From a virus (taxonomy: Duplodnaviria; Heunggongvirae; Uroviricota; Caudoviricetes), in the IMG/VR virus record IMGVR_UViG_2917855067_000005: a stretch of 37,823 bases of DNA; one strand, given 5' to 3'. Position numbers and translations under genes: made by a program. Position 1 is the stretch's first letter, and the number at the start of each line of letters is the position of its first letter. Below the pieces are notes generated by a model. That model was not told where the DNA came from, did no database searches, and saw nothing but the letters and a program-made list of their open reading frames with translations. Positions 21,650 through 30,251 of the stretch are shown piece after piece.

Positions 21650-22075
21650 TTAGCAACTTATTAACATTGCATGGTTATTTAGCATCCAGTCGTTTAACTC
21701 ATTTTCTGCCCATTCTACGTCTATAAGCACTTTGCATAAATTCGAAGGTTTAAGAAGTTCACCTGCTGACGCCCCTGAAGGCCAAAAATGCACAGCTACA
21801 TAATTTTGAGTTACATATGTTTTTTTTATAGTTTGTCGTGTTTCGATTGAGACAATCACATCCGATATTTTACATTTTCTTTTTTTGACCAAAAAATCAT
21901 GAATTCGCTCCCCAACAGCTTCCTTAAAAATAGTTGAGTTAGCATGTTGATTAAATGTTGCAAAAATAAGTTTAAGTTCGCAATTTAAAGCCTTAGCTTT
22001 TGATATTCCTAATTGCATAGCCTTGTGAGCAGCAAGTATATGATTGCTATTTGCCCTGATTACATACTTTTCCAT
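21650..22075 (-). CDS. Hypothetical protein (AT-rich moron)
   Basis: 141-aa ORF in a visibly AT-rich block with its own terminator and an AT-rich 375-nt upstream region; no family recognised. Confidence 0.6.
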   Translation of the reverse strand: MEKYVIRANSNHILAAHKAMQLGISKAKALNCELKLIFATFNQHANSTIFKEAVGERIHDFLVKKRKCKISDVIVSIETRQTIKKTYVTQNYVAVHFWPSGASAGELLKPSNLCKVLIDVEWAENELNDWMLNNHAMLISC

Positions 22076-22449
22076 ATTCGCTCTCCCAAAAAATCAGAGG
22101 TATATAATAAGAACATAGAAAAATTTATCAATAAAATCAGCAACAAAAGTAGCTCATCAGCATTACTGACTAAAAGTTCTAATATCATTAACAAACGAGT
22201 ATTGCACTGTACACTTTTTCAAAACGGACAAGTCTTTCAGATACTCACATCGACAACCAATAAAGAACACCAATTGTACTCATCTCGCGTCAATTCATTG
22301 TAGCCTGTGAGCCTATGCTTTCTGATCACAACGCTACCAGTATTATCGCTTCAAGCAGGAATGAACTCCGTATTTTAGCATCCAAAGGAATTAGCTGTCC
22401 CCAAACAGGGTATTAGAACGTAACAATATCACTTTACTAATATAATCAG

Positions 22450-22911
22450 CTAGTTAACACACTGCGCTCTAATGTATTCCTGTAGGTAATTAACCTGTGC
22501 AGTTATCTTGTCGATTCCACTTCGGAGGCGGTAATAATTGAGTTCAGAATCTGCTGTAAGTCTTGGGCTTTCTCCATCGCCCATGCCGCTGGCTCTGGTC
22601 GTTGATTTTGCACAGGTGGCGGCGACTTGCAGGCGCTTACGCCCAGCAGAAACATCAGCACGGAGGCTTTCGATAGTCGCGTTAGCATCAGCAAGCTCCT
22701 TTGTGTATCTGGCGTCAAGTTCTGCTACGTCACGTTGACGCTTCTGCATATCAGAAATGGTCGCCATAGCCGAATCTAATGCCATAGCATTCTCATCACG
22801 CTGCTTTTTGTATTCAATAACTTTATTGTGGTAATGATTCGCTGAACAGATAGAAGAACCGATGACAGTAAAGAAGAATGCAGAGATAGCCAGCTTATAG
22901 CTCAACTTCAT
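22450..22911 (-). CDS. Rz: i-spanin Rz
   Basis: 153-aa ORF resembling lambda Rz (N-terminal TM, ...YKKQRDENA...MQKRQRDVAELDARYTKELADA...). Confidence 0.85.
   Translation of the reverse strand: MKLSYKLAISAFFFTVIGSSICSANHYHNKVIEYKKQRDENAMALDSAMATISDMQKRQRDVAELDARYTKELADANATIESLRADVSAGRKRLQVAATCAKSTTRASGMGDGESPRLTADSELNYYRLRSGIDKITAQVNYLQEYIRAQCVN
22503..22688 (-). CDS. Rz1: o-spanin Rz1 (lipoprotein embedded in Rz in the +1 frame)
   Basis: Embedded ORF with lipobox LLGVSAC and proline-rich stretch KSPPPVQNQRPEP; start chosen at MLTRLSKASV. Confidence 0.6.
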   Translation of the reverse strand: MLTRLSKASVLMFLLGVSACKSPPPVQNQRPEPAAWAMEKAQDLQQILNSIITASEVESTR

Positions 22912-23371
22912 TTACCACCCCACCAGCCTCTTTAAACCGGGAAATCAGGTCACCGATTTTATGTTCATACTGACCGTAACCTGCACCAGGTAACGACGCC
23001 CAGATATTGCTGCAACGATCGATAGCCTGACGAATATCGCCGCGATCAATCATCGGTAAAGCGCCACGCTCTTTAATCTGCTGTAATGCAACAGCATCCT
23101 GGCTTTTAGGAGAGAAGTCTGTCAGCCCTAACTGCTTGCGGTAAGCATCCCACCAGCGCGAAAGAAGTTGATAACGGCCTGCAGCTGTTGATTTGAGTTT
23201 CGGGTTTAGCGTGACAAGCTTGCGAGGGTGATCGGAGTAATCAGTGAAGAGTTCTCCACCGACAATAACATCATAACCGTGGTTACGTGTCGGTTGTCGC
23301 CCGTTATCCGTTCCTTCTGACCATGCCACCATATCGAGGAAAGCTTTACGCTGGGAATTTAGTACCTGCAT
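22895..23371 (-). CDS. R: Endolysin, lambda R-type lytic transglycosylase
   Basis: 158-aa ORF closely matching my recollection of lambda R (NSQRKAFLDMVAWSEGTDNGRQPTRNHGYDVIVGGELFTDYSDHPRKLVTLNPKLKST). Confidence 0.9.
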   Translation of the reverse strand: MQVLNSQRKAFLDMVAWSEGTDNGRQPTRNHGYDVIVGGELFTDYSDHPRKLVTLNPKLKSTAAGRYQLLSRWWDAYRKQLGLTDFSPKSQDAVALQQIKERGALPMIDRGDIRQAIDRCSNIWASLPGAGYGQYEHKIGDLISRFKEAGGVVNEVEL

Positions 23372-23374
23372 AAA

Positions 23375-23701
23375 TTACTCCTTAGAGCCACCAAACTTGT
23401 TACCGATTACTCGCATTGCAGCCCCACGAATAGCATCGACACCGATCAGCCCCACCCCACCACCAATGGCAACAGATAGTGATTTAGGCCATCCGACATA
23501 CTCAAGCGCGGATGCAAATGTCAGCGTCAGAGCGCCACAGAGTAAAATCTCAAGCGTTTTTCGCTTCCAGCCACCACCACCGCCAAAATAGGCAATGCGC
23601 AAGCCAGCCATAACGATCGACATAATCACTGCGCCCAGTGGTGTGTCTCCACGCCACCAGCTCTGGACCAACTCCAGCCAGGTATTTGGGTTATGAGGCA
23701 T
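23375..23701 (-). CDS. Holin (three predicted TM segments)
   Basis: 108-aa ORF immediately upstream of the endolysin with three hydrophobic stretches and a charged C-terminal tail. Confidence 0.7.
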   Translation of the reverse strand: MPHNPNTWLELVQSWWRGDTPLGAVIMSIVMAGLRIAYFGGGGGWKRKTLEILLCGALTLTFASALEYVGWPKSLSVAIGGGVGLIGVDAIRGAAMRVIGNKFGGSKE

Positions 23702-23852
23702 TTGTAGTTATCTCTCACCTCGCTGATACAGCAGGTGCAAATTGAGGGAACATCATGTACAGCAAATTAGAAGCGGAAACGTCAAAGAAGCCGAACCAAT
23801 GGATAACTGCGGAATAGACCAGGACCAACGAATCCCCAGCCCCAGAAACGAC

Positions 23853-23876
23853 AAAACCCGCTCAACGGCGGGTTTA
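23853..23876 (-). terminator. Hairpin with U-rich tail upstream of the lysis genes (possible tR'-like late terminator)
   Basis: Minus-strand AAACCCGC-CGUUGA-GCGGGUUU followed by UGUCGUUUCU. Confidence 0.4.
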
Positions 23877-23991
23877 AGCTGTGTGGCGAAGTAACCACTC
23901 TTAACAGAGTACTGTATTTTTTGCGTACGCATTAGTATTTTTTGAAGTATTATCAACACCAATTGTTCAAAACCATTAAAAGGATGTTGTT

Positions 23992-25026
23992 ATGACTGCA
24001 TCAGCGACCCCCACTAATATCACTCATAAGTTTATTGTTCACATTATGAACAAGGAACAACAGGGGTTAGCCACCATTATTCCTTGTCCTTCAGAAAAAC
24101 CTGTTCAGCAAGCATCAAAAGACCTCTCTAACGCACTTACTGAAAGGTACTCTGGGAGAGCAGGTAAAGGATATGGGAAATTTGAAGATGACCGCGATAG
24201 TTACCCTATGGGTAATATCGTTGATGATTATTTCGTAAATAAAACACATAGTTTTTATGATACTAGTATCCGAATGATCAATCATTTAAAAGCCAGAGCC
24301 GATGATGAATCAATGTCTACTGGTGGTTATGTAATAATTGCCCATAATGAGGTAAATGGAAATCATTATTTGATGGTTGCAATCCTAACTTCAGCAGTTG
24401 GCTCTTCAGTCCACGATTTTGAAATTCAAGAAAGTGAATATCTAGACATTGCTAAACTTCGAGTAGCGGGACGAATTGACTTAACTGGGCGCCAGAATGG
24501 CAAAGAGAGATATATTAGCTTTCTAAAGGGGCAAAATTCAGTAGCAGGTTATTTCAAAAAGTTTTTAGGTTGCAACGATATTCTAATTGCCAAACAAGAA
24601 ACAACAAAATTACGGAATGCACTTTTAGAATTTGCTACTGAAAGAGGTTTTGAACCAGAGGCACGTGAAGAGTTCCTAAATAAGGCTCATGAAAAATTAA
24701 AAAATTTAAATCGTTCTGGTGAAACTTTCGACACTCAAATTTTTGCAAACGAGATATGGCCAACTGCTCCTGAGTTGTTAGTTGAAAAGTTAACCAATGA
24801 CGATCTGGAGTTCTCTGATGGGTTCGTGCCTGATGGCAACGTTATACGTGGGCTTGTTAGTTTCAAAGGAAAGTCCAAACATTGGTCTCTGAAATTCGAG
24901 CGTGCGGCCTTGCATGATGGCAGCGTTCTTTATGATTCAGAAAACGATAAATTGATACTTACCGAGATTCCGGATACGCTAAGATCAGAGATTTTATCAG
25001 AATTAGGTGAAGAGGATGAGCAGTAA
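23992..25026 (+). CDS. Nucleoid-associated protein YejK/NdpA-like (NA37 family) homolog, phage-borne
   Basis: 344-aa ORF with AAGGA RBS; central region GGYVIIAHNEVNGNHYLMVAILTSAVG ... YLDIAKLRVAGRIDLTGRQNGKERYISFLKGQNSVAGYFKKFLG parallels my recollection of E. coli YejK; visibly AT-rich. Confidence 0.68.
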   Translation: MTASATPTNITHKFIVHIMNKEQQGLATIIPCPSEKPVQQASKDLSNALTERYSGRAGKGYGKFEDDRDSYPMGNIVDDYFVNKTHSFYDTSIRMINHLKARADDESMSTGGYVIIAHNEVNGNHYLMVAILTSAVGSSVHDFEIQESEYLDIAKLRVAGRIDLTGRQNGKERYISFLKGQNSVAGYFKKFLGCNDILIAKQETTKLRNALLEFATERGFEPEAREEFLNKAHEKLKNLNRSGETFDTQIFANEIWPTAPELLVEKLTNDDLEFSDGFVPDGNVIRGLVSFKGKSKHWSLKFERAALHDGSVLYDSENDKLILTEIPDTLRSEILSELGEEDEQ

Positions 25027-26194
25027 AAATCAGAGAACCTTCAAAGACTTAGTGACTATTTACAAGGCCGCTACATTTGCAGGTACCCTATCTGAAGCAT
25101 CACTCATTCTTTCAAACGAGGAGCTCTGTGACATCATCAACGATATCACAGAGAATCCCCATGATTTTGGCATCACCCTTGAATCTGGCAACATTGAGTT
25201 AGGCCAAACTATAACCTTACATATAACCCCCCCCAAATTACGATTGGGGCAGCTACATTTCTCTTTTAATGAGTATTTAAAAAATCCTAAAAATAGGATA
25301 AAGGAAGCCAGTAACTTCTTTATAATCGAACTTAATTATCACAACAGGGATAAAAAGTCGCCTGCTATTATATCCAAGTACAGAGATGTTTTGAGCTTAA
25401 TTACTTTATTCAAAGATTGTTCTGCTTATTTAGATGAAACAAATTTTGAATTGGTATTCGTCGAATCCAACGTACTAAAAATTCCAGTAAATTATTCTAG
25501 CGATGATCTTATGAATGTTAATGGAGATCTGATTCATAATTTGATCGCAAACTTTGCAGAAGATACGCATAAAGATCAAAAACTTACTATTTTAGCAAGT
25601 AGTATAAAATCATCATGTGAATCTAAAACTAAAGAAACCTCTTTTTCCTTCATGTTAAGGGATTTAGGACAACTTTATGAAAGTTATCAAAAAGGATACA
25701 AAGTATTCGTTTCTGGTTTTTCTTACGAGAAAATACTGGATCAGTTACGAGTAGCCAAAATAGAAGAGATGGGGAAAATACATAAAGTATTCAGTGACAT
25801 ACAAAAATCAGATATTAGGTATCCCCTCGCAACAATTATCGTTGCGACTCAAATGAAGCAGGCTAATGGTTGGGATAGTCAAGCATTAATAAACACAGCT
25901 GTAGTGTTGGGTGCATTGTTCTTCACTATTATGATTATATTTGTTCTATTTAATCAATGGCAAACTTTAACAGCAATAAATGATGAGTTAAATCATAAAA
26001 AACAACAAGCAGAATATAACTTCAAGGCTATTTACGAAGATATAAAGGATACATTTGATAGTTTAACCACAAGATTGCTTGTTCAGAAAGTTGTTTTTGC
26101 CTCATTAGGAATTATAGTTTTATGTGGCTTATATCTTACATTTAGATTCTACTTTTTACTTACACCTTATGCTATTACATATTTATTTATCTGA
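25016..26194 (+). CDS. Hypothetical protein with two C-terminal transmembrane helices (partner of the YejK-like gene)
   Basis: Track ORF from GTG 25007; ATG at 25016 has AGGTGA 6 nt upstream; overlaps the upstream gene; hydrophobic segments NTAVVLGALFFTIMIIFVLF and VVFASLGIIVLCGLYLTFRFYFLL; AT-rich. Confidence 0.65.
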   Translation: MSSKNQRTFKDLVTIYKAATFAGTLSEASLILSNEELCDIINDITENPHDFGITLESGNIELGQTITLHITPPKLRLGQLHFSFNEYLKNPKNRIKEASNFFIIELNYHNRDKKSPAIISKYRDVLSLITLFKDCSAYLDETNFELVFVESNVLKIPVNYSSDDLMNVNGDLIHNLIANFAEDTHKDQKLTILASSIKSSCESKTKETSFSFMLRDLGQLYESYQKGYKVFVSGFSYEKILDQLRVAKIEEMGKIHKVFSDIQKSDIRYPLATIIVATQMKQANGWDSQALINTAVVLGALFFTIMIIFVLFNQWQTLTAINDELNHKKQQAEYNFKAIYEDIKDTFDSLTTRLLVQKVVFASLGIIVLCGLYLTFRFYFLLTPYAITYLFI

Positions 26195-26218
26195 CGGCCA
26201 ATATGGCCGTCTAATAAA

Positions 26219-26567
26219 TTACCCATGTATTATATATATAACTGCATCAATAAATCCCAATGCAGCTTGCAACTTTTTTCTTATAGTCCCATCAGAGCAT
26301 TTTCTCTTCTTCGCAATAGTGCGTAATGAGATACCGATAACAAAGTGAGCAATGATTAGCTCATATTCTTCAGGCCTATATTTACGCAACCGAGCCACAC
26401 AACTGTCTATCATAATGCCTTCGTCATCATCACACTGAATCCGGGACTTTTTTGCCATGAGGTAAAAGTCCCTTGAAGCCAGCGGCTACCGGTTGCCAGT
26501 CCACTCCGCTATTGTCTGAAGCAGCCCAAGCTCCCCAACGATCCATTACTTCATACATATCACGCAT
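26219..26567 (-). CDS. Q: Late-gene antiterminator Q-like protein, interrupted by a 1-nt frameshift in a T6 run (plus 26448..26453)
   Basis: Upstream frame [40 protein letters not shown] continues in track ORF 26219..26458 ([21 protein letters not shown]...); GGAGAAAG RBS before the ATG at 26567. Confidence 0.68.
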
Positions 26568-26584
26568 CAACTTTCTCCACAAAA

Positions 26585-27580
26585 TCAGGCCAGCACACCA
26601 ATTGCCAGCGCACGATCGATAAAACGAAATATCAGCTCCAGCTGGGAGCCATACATCTCTTCAAATGCCACGGTATCCGCATGCAGCTCGTCGTGATGCT
26701 TTCTGCACAAAGGCAACACAAAGAGGTCATGCGCTTTTGTCCCCATTCCACCCTGACCATGGCCTATCAGGTGGTGGGGATCATCAGCGGGCTTTCCACA
26801 ACATGCACACGGCTGTGTCTTAACCCAGCGCGTGTACTTTTCATTAACCCAGCGGCGACGTTTTGGGCGTAACATAAAAGACTCCGGTGACTCCGGATCC
26901 ACTTTCAGCGCCAGCACCTTTTTCGCCTTATCTTGGATGATGCTGGTGGCAGGAACCGAAGGCACAAGGTCACTTTCCCGGGTGACAGACGGCACAACAG
27001 GCTTCGGTAATCTCAGTGCCTTACGGGCTGCACTTTCCGGTAAGGCATCCGCCAGGTCATTACGAATCAGCCACCAGCACAGTTCCGGCATTGTCACAAC
27101 GTGACTATCATCAAAACCGAGATCCCGACGCACGACAGACAACACCCAGCGGGCACAGTTATCCGTTGCCATTGATTCCAGCCGTTCCGTGAACTGGTCA
27201 CGCAGCTGGTTATCGCAGTGCCAGCACAGACGAATTGCTCCCGGAGCGTGCCGCATTGTGGTCATGTTCTCGCTGTGCCAGTCAGAATGAGGCCACTGAC
27301 AGCCCTTTTCACGAAGTAACCAGCTTTCAAGACATTCCACGCCACCAGCACGACGGATCACTGCCTCATTGCGGAACACGGTCCGAACGGCAGGATCATC
27401 CGCCAACGGTTGTGATGCCGCCGGAACGGCACCACTGGCGAAAGATGAATAACGTTCCGGCTCTGGCTCCAGCAGGACACGCCCCTGCATAAACAGGGGC
27501 ATCAGCTCTGAACCTGGCCTGAACAATACGATCCCCATACGCGGGGCAATTTCAGGGGTCAGTAGTGCTCTCACGGTCAC
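26585..27580 (-). CDS. DUF968-like protein with C-terminal Cys/His (HNH-like) motif
   Basis: 331-aa ORF; C-terminus [14 protein letters not shown] ... [12 protein letters not shown]; typical lambdoid nin-region position. Confidence 0.6.
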   Translation of the reverse strand: MTVRALLTPEIAPRMGIVLFRPGSELMPLFMQGRVLLEPEPERYSSFASGAVPAASQPLADDPAVRTVFRNEAVIRRAGGVECLESWLLREKGCQWPHSDWHSENMTTMRHAPGAIRLCWHCDNQLRDQFTERLESMATDNCARWVLSVVRRDLGFDDSHVVTMPELCWWLIRNDLADALPESAARKALRLPKPVVPSVTRESDLVPSVPATSIIQDKAKKVLALKVDPESPESFMLRPKRRRWVNEKYTRWVKTQPCACCGKPADDPHHLIGHGQGGMGTKAHDLFVLPLCRKHHDELHADTVAFEEMYGSQLELIFRFIDRALAIGVLA

Positions 27581-27581
27581 C

Positions 27582-28379
27582 TCAATGAACGGTATCGAGC
27601 AGCTTTAACAGCTCAGGGAATCGGGATTCGAAGAAATGCGGCTGCGTCTCGCGCGGATTTGCGGGACTGGTGATGTTCTTGCCGAACATGCAGCCTTTCG
27701 CTGTCAGCGACCAGAATTTTTTGATGTTGTTAATCGCGGTACGGCTGTATCGTTCGCGCTGCTCGACGATCCCCAGCTTCACCATCTGGTGATATGCCTG
27801 ATTAGCCGTCAGGCGGATACCATACTGTTTCAACAGTGCACTCAGTGACAGTGTCGGGCGACTTGAGCCATCGTGTGCATCAGCAGGAGCATCAATGGCA
27901 TAGCGGGGTGCCAGATTCGGTAAGCCAACAGCCTCCTGGAGTTTCTGACAGGCACCAAGCACTGATGAGTTAGACAGGTTTAATTCCCGGCGCATAAAGT
28001 CCAGCAGGATCACACCAGCCTGCATCTTGTCAGCAGCCTGCCCGGATAATTTTTCCGGTGCGCTGGTTACCATATCGAAAGTACGGATCACCTTCAGATG
28101 GAATGACGGGCTGATCCACATTGCATAGGCATACACCAGTTCTTTGCAGACATACGTCCCTTGGTTATTTCCGCCACGAATAACGTTAACTGACTCTATA
28201 TTGACCGAGTTGCAAATCTGCAACTCGCTTATTAAACGTTCAGTTTGCTCATTGCGGAGCCAGAATGCAGGCTTATGCTTATCCAGAGAACCGGCAGCCC
28301 TGTGTAGATCGTTCAGGCTGTAACGCCCATAAGCATCACGACGAACTTCAATACCATCAATGACCATCAGATTATTCAT
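27582..28379 (-). CDS. KilA-N domain protein (putative antirepressor-type)
   Basis: 265-aa ORF; N-terminus MVIDGIEVRRDAYGRYSLNDLHRAAG resembles KilA-N domains. Confidence 0.6.
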   Translation of the reverse strand: MNNLMVIDGIEVRRDAYGRYSLNDLHRAAGSLDKHKPAFWLRNEQTERLISELQICNSVNIESVNVIRGGNNQGTYVCKELVYAYAMWISPSFHLKVIRTFDMVTSAPEKLSGQAADKMQAGVILLDFMRRELNLSNSSVLGACQKLQEAVGLPNLAPRYAIDAPADAHDGSSRPTLSLSALLKQYGIRLTANQAYHQMVKLGIVEQRERYSRTAINNIKKFWSLTAKGCMFGKNITSPANPRETQPHFFESRFPELLKLLDTVH

Positions 28380-28398
28380 ACTTCGTTTCTCCTTTTAA

Positions 28399-28788
28399 TC
28401 AGGCGGCTGCACCCGCCGTTTTCTCGTACTTACTGATAGTGATCTCGACCTTCCCTTCCGGGATAACCGGTCCCCACTCCACCAGCATTCTTTTCACCTG
28501 ACTGTCGTCTTCCCACACACCCGCGTGGGTCAGGGCGTCAAACAGCGCCTTGTTATAGTTGTCCAGATCGCGGATCCGGTTATCCGGTGGAAACAACACG
28601 ATCTCCACTGCAGCAGGTGCCGACGTTGGTTTCGGCAGACGACGTAACTGTTCAACTATTGCTGCGCACGCCGCGCTCTGGAATTTTCGCCCCGCCGCGC
28701 TTATCAGGCTCTTACCTGCAAACGCCCCTTTGTTGGGGTGTCGCCAGTACGTGTTCACGCTGGGCGGAAACGGCAGAATCAGCTTCAT
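28399..28788 (-). CDS. rusA: Holliday junction resolvase RusA
   Basis: 129-aa ORF; PPSVNTYWRH ... RDLDNYNKALFDALTHAGVWEDDSQV matches the RusA pattern. Confidence 0.8.
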   Translation of the reverse strand: MKLILPFPPSVNTYWRHPNKGAFAGKSLISAAGRKFQSAACAAIVEQLRRLPKPTSAPAAVEIVLFPPDNRIRDLDNYNKALFDALTHAGVWEDDSQVKRMLVEWGPVIPEGKVEITISKYEKTAGAAA

Positions 28789-29111
28789 ACTTTCAGGCCC
28801 CTCTCATGTAACCAGTGGGCTGCACGCAGCCTGGCGTTTTCCTCACCGGCAAGCAGTGAGCGGATAATCCCGGCCGCCTCGCTGTCGTCGTCCTTCACCG
28901 CGGTATGAAGAGTGATACCCCGGGCCACGCCACGCTTTATCGTGATGACGCCTTTTTTCTCCAGTGCGCGAAGATGCTCCACCGCTGCATTCACTGAACG
29001 GTATCCCAGCATGGTTGCCACCTCCTGATTGGTTGGCGGAAAGCCACGCTCTTTCTGGTAAGAAATCAGCATATCCAGCACCTGCTGCTGGCATTGAGTT
29101 AACGTCGTCAT
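28785..29111 (-). CDS. LexA N-terminal DNA-binding-domain protein lacking the S24 peptidase domain
   Basis: 108-aa ORF; QQQVLDMLISYQKERGFPPTNQEVATMLGYRSVNAAVEHLRALEKKGVITIKRGVARGITL parallels the LexA N-terminal domain. Confidence 0.7.
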   Translation of the reverse strand: MTTLTQCQQQVLDMLISYQKERGFPPTNQEVATMLGYRSVNAAVEHLRALEKKGVITIKRGVARGITLHTAVKDDDSEAAGIIRSLLAGEENARLRAAHWLHERGLKV

Positions 29112-29760
29112 GCCGCCATCTCCCTGACCAGTTTTTCTGCCTGCTGGCGAACCTGCGCCAGAAAGGCCTCACCACATGCCTCAAGTTCATCGCGCCCGAT
29201 GTAGCTGATTGCCGCTCCCTTCCAGGTCTTATCGAAAACAGCAATAGCACCAGCGAAGAACGCTCCTGTCGGCACCTGCTTCTCATCCTTCGGGATAAAC
29301 CAGACAGGCAGTTCAAAACCAATACGCCCGCGAATAAAAGCAATATGGTCCGCATCTTCCGGCCACCACACTTCGCTGGTGGCAGCTTTGATCAGGAAAA
29401 CATAGCGCCCGCCCTTATCACGCATGGAACTGGCATGTTTCATGATGTAACGCATGCCGGTGATGTATTGCCCCTCATGCTGACTGGCGCGGCTGTATGG
29501 GGGATTACCAAAGGCAGCACCTTTAAGCTCCGCAAGACGTTCTGACCAGTCATGCGCCAGCGCGTTATCTTCCGCCGTGTAATACGCGGCACATTTGGCG
29601 TTATCACCGTCAGTAAACAGATCCAGAACAAACGGGCCAAACAGGGTGTTAATTCCCCAGAAAATGTTGTCCGGCGTGCGCCACTGATCGCCCACTTCCT
29701 TCAGTTCATGGGCTGGTTTGTTCCGCAGTTCCACCAGCGCCTGGCAATATTTATTACTCA
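29108..29760 (-). CDS. Phage DNA N6-adenine methyltransferase (Dam-like)
   Basis: Contains NPPY motif (AFGNPPYSR); start chosen at ATG 29760 directly abutting the upstream stop (TAATG), track ORF extends to 29794. Confidence 0.78.
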
Positions 29761-30249
29761 TTAAGCCCCCACGTAATTCCCTGACAGATACCACTCTTCA
29801 CCCGATGCAGCGCGCTTGCTGCTTTTCCGTAAGCACCGCTCACGACGCGTCAGAAAATTGTTTCGTTCTGGCTGGGAGTGGCTTTCACGGAATGCCGCCA
29901 TCCACACGGTTGCAGCACGACGGTATAAGCCCCTTGACTCCAGTTCTTCAGCCTGGCGGGTCAGGCACAAAATCACCCGGGGATCGTTAGTGCCGACATA
30001 GAAATTGCGCACAGGTCTGGTTTCTCGAACTGGTTGTGGTTCCGGTTCCTGCGCTCTCTCAGTCAGGCGCGGGAAATGTCTGCGTGTATCTCCTTCACAA
30101 CGGTGAGCCACACGCCCACTCTGACGTAACTTGCTTGCTGACTGCAGAACGCGCTGCCGTGAGTAACCAGCAAAAGCATCCGCAATGTCTCCGGAAGTGC
30201 ACCCCGGATGGGCTTCAATGAATTTCTGAACGTCATTTAACAGACTCAT
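29761..30249 (-). CDS. Putative transcriptional regulator (PerC/ANR-like, tentative)
   Basis: ORF with LYRRAATVWMAAF motif; ATG at 30249 overlaps the upstream stop; family call tentative. Confidence 0.42.
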   Translation of the reverse strand: MSLLNDVQKFIEAHPGCTSGDIADAFAGYSRQRVLQSASKLRQSGRVAHRCEGDTRRHFPRLTERAQEPEPQPVRETRPVRNFYVGTNDPRVILCLTRQAEELESRGLYRRAATVWMAAFRESHSQPERNNFLTRRERCLRKSSKRAASGEEWYLSGNYVGA

Positions 30250-30251
30250 GA

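Noticed and set aside
22013-22303. Plus-strand 96-aa ORF in the AT-rich interval upstream of the 141-aa moron
   Set aside because: Low-complexity Ser/Asn/Lys-rich translation of AT-rich DNA, overlapping the moron start; more likely promoter or leader sequence.
26193-26211. Hairpin GACGGCC-AATAT-GGCCGTC between the convergent cassette gene and Q, considered as a bidirectional intrinsic terminator
   Set aside because: Perfect 7-bp stem but no U-tract on either strand; may still be a processing or protein-binding site, not called as a terminator.
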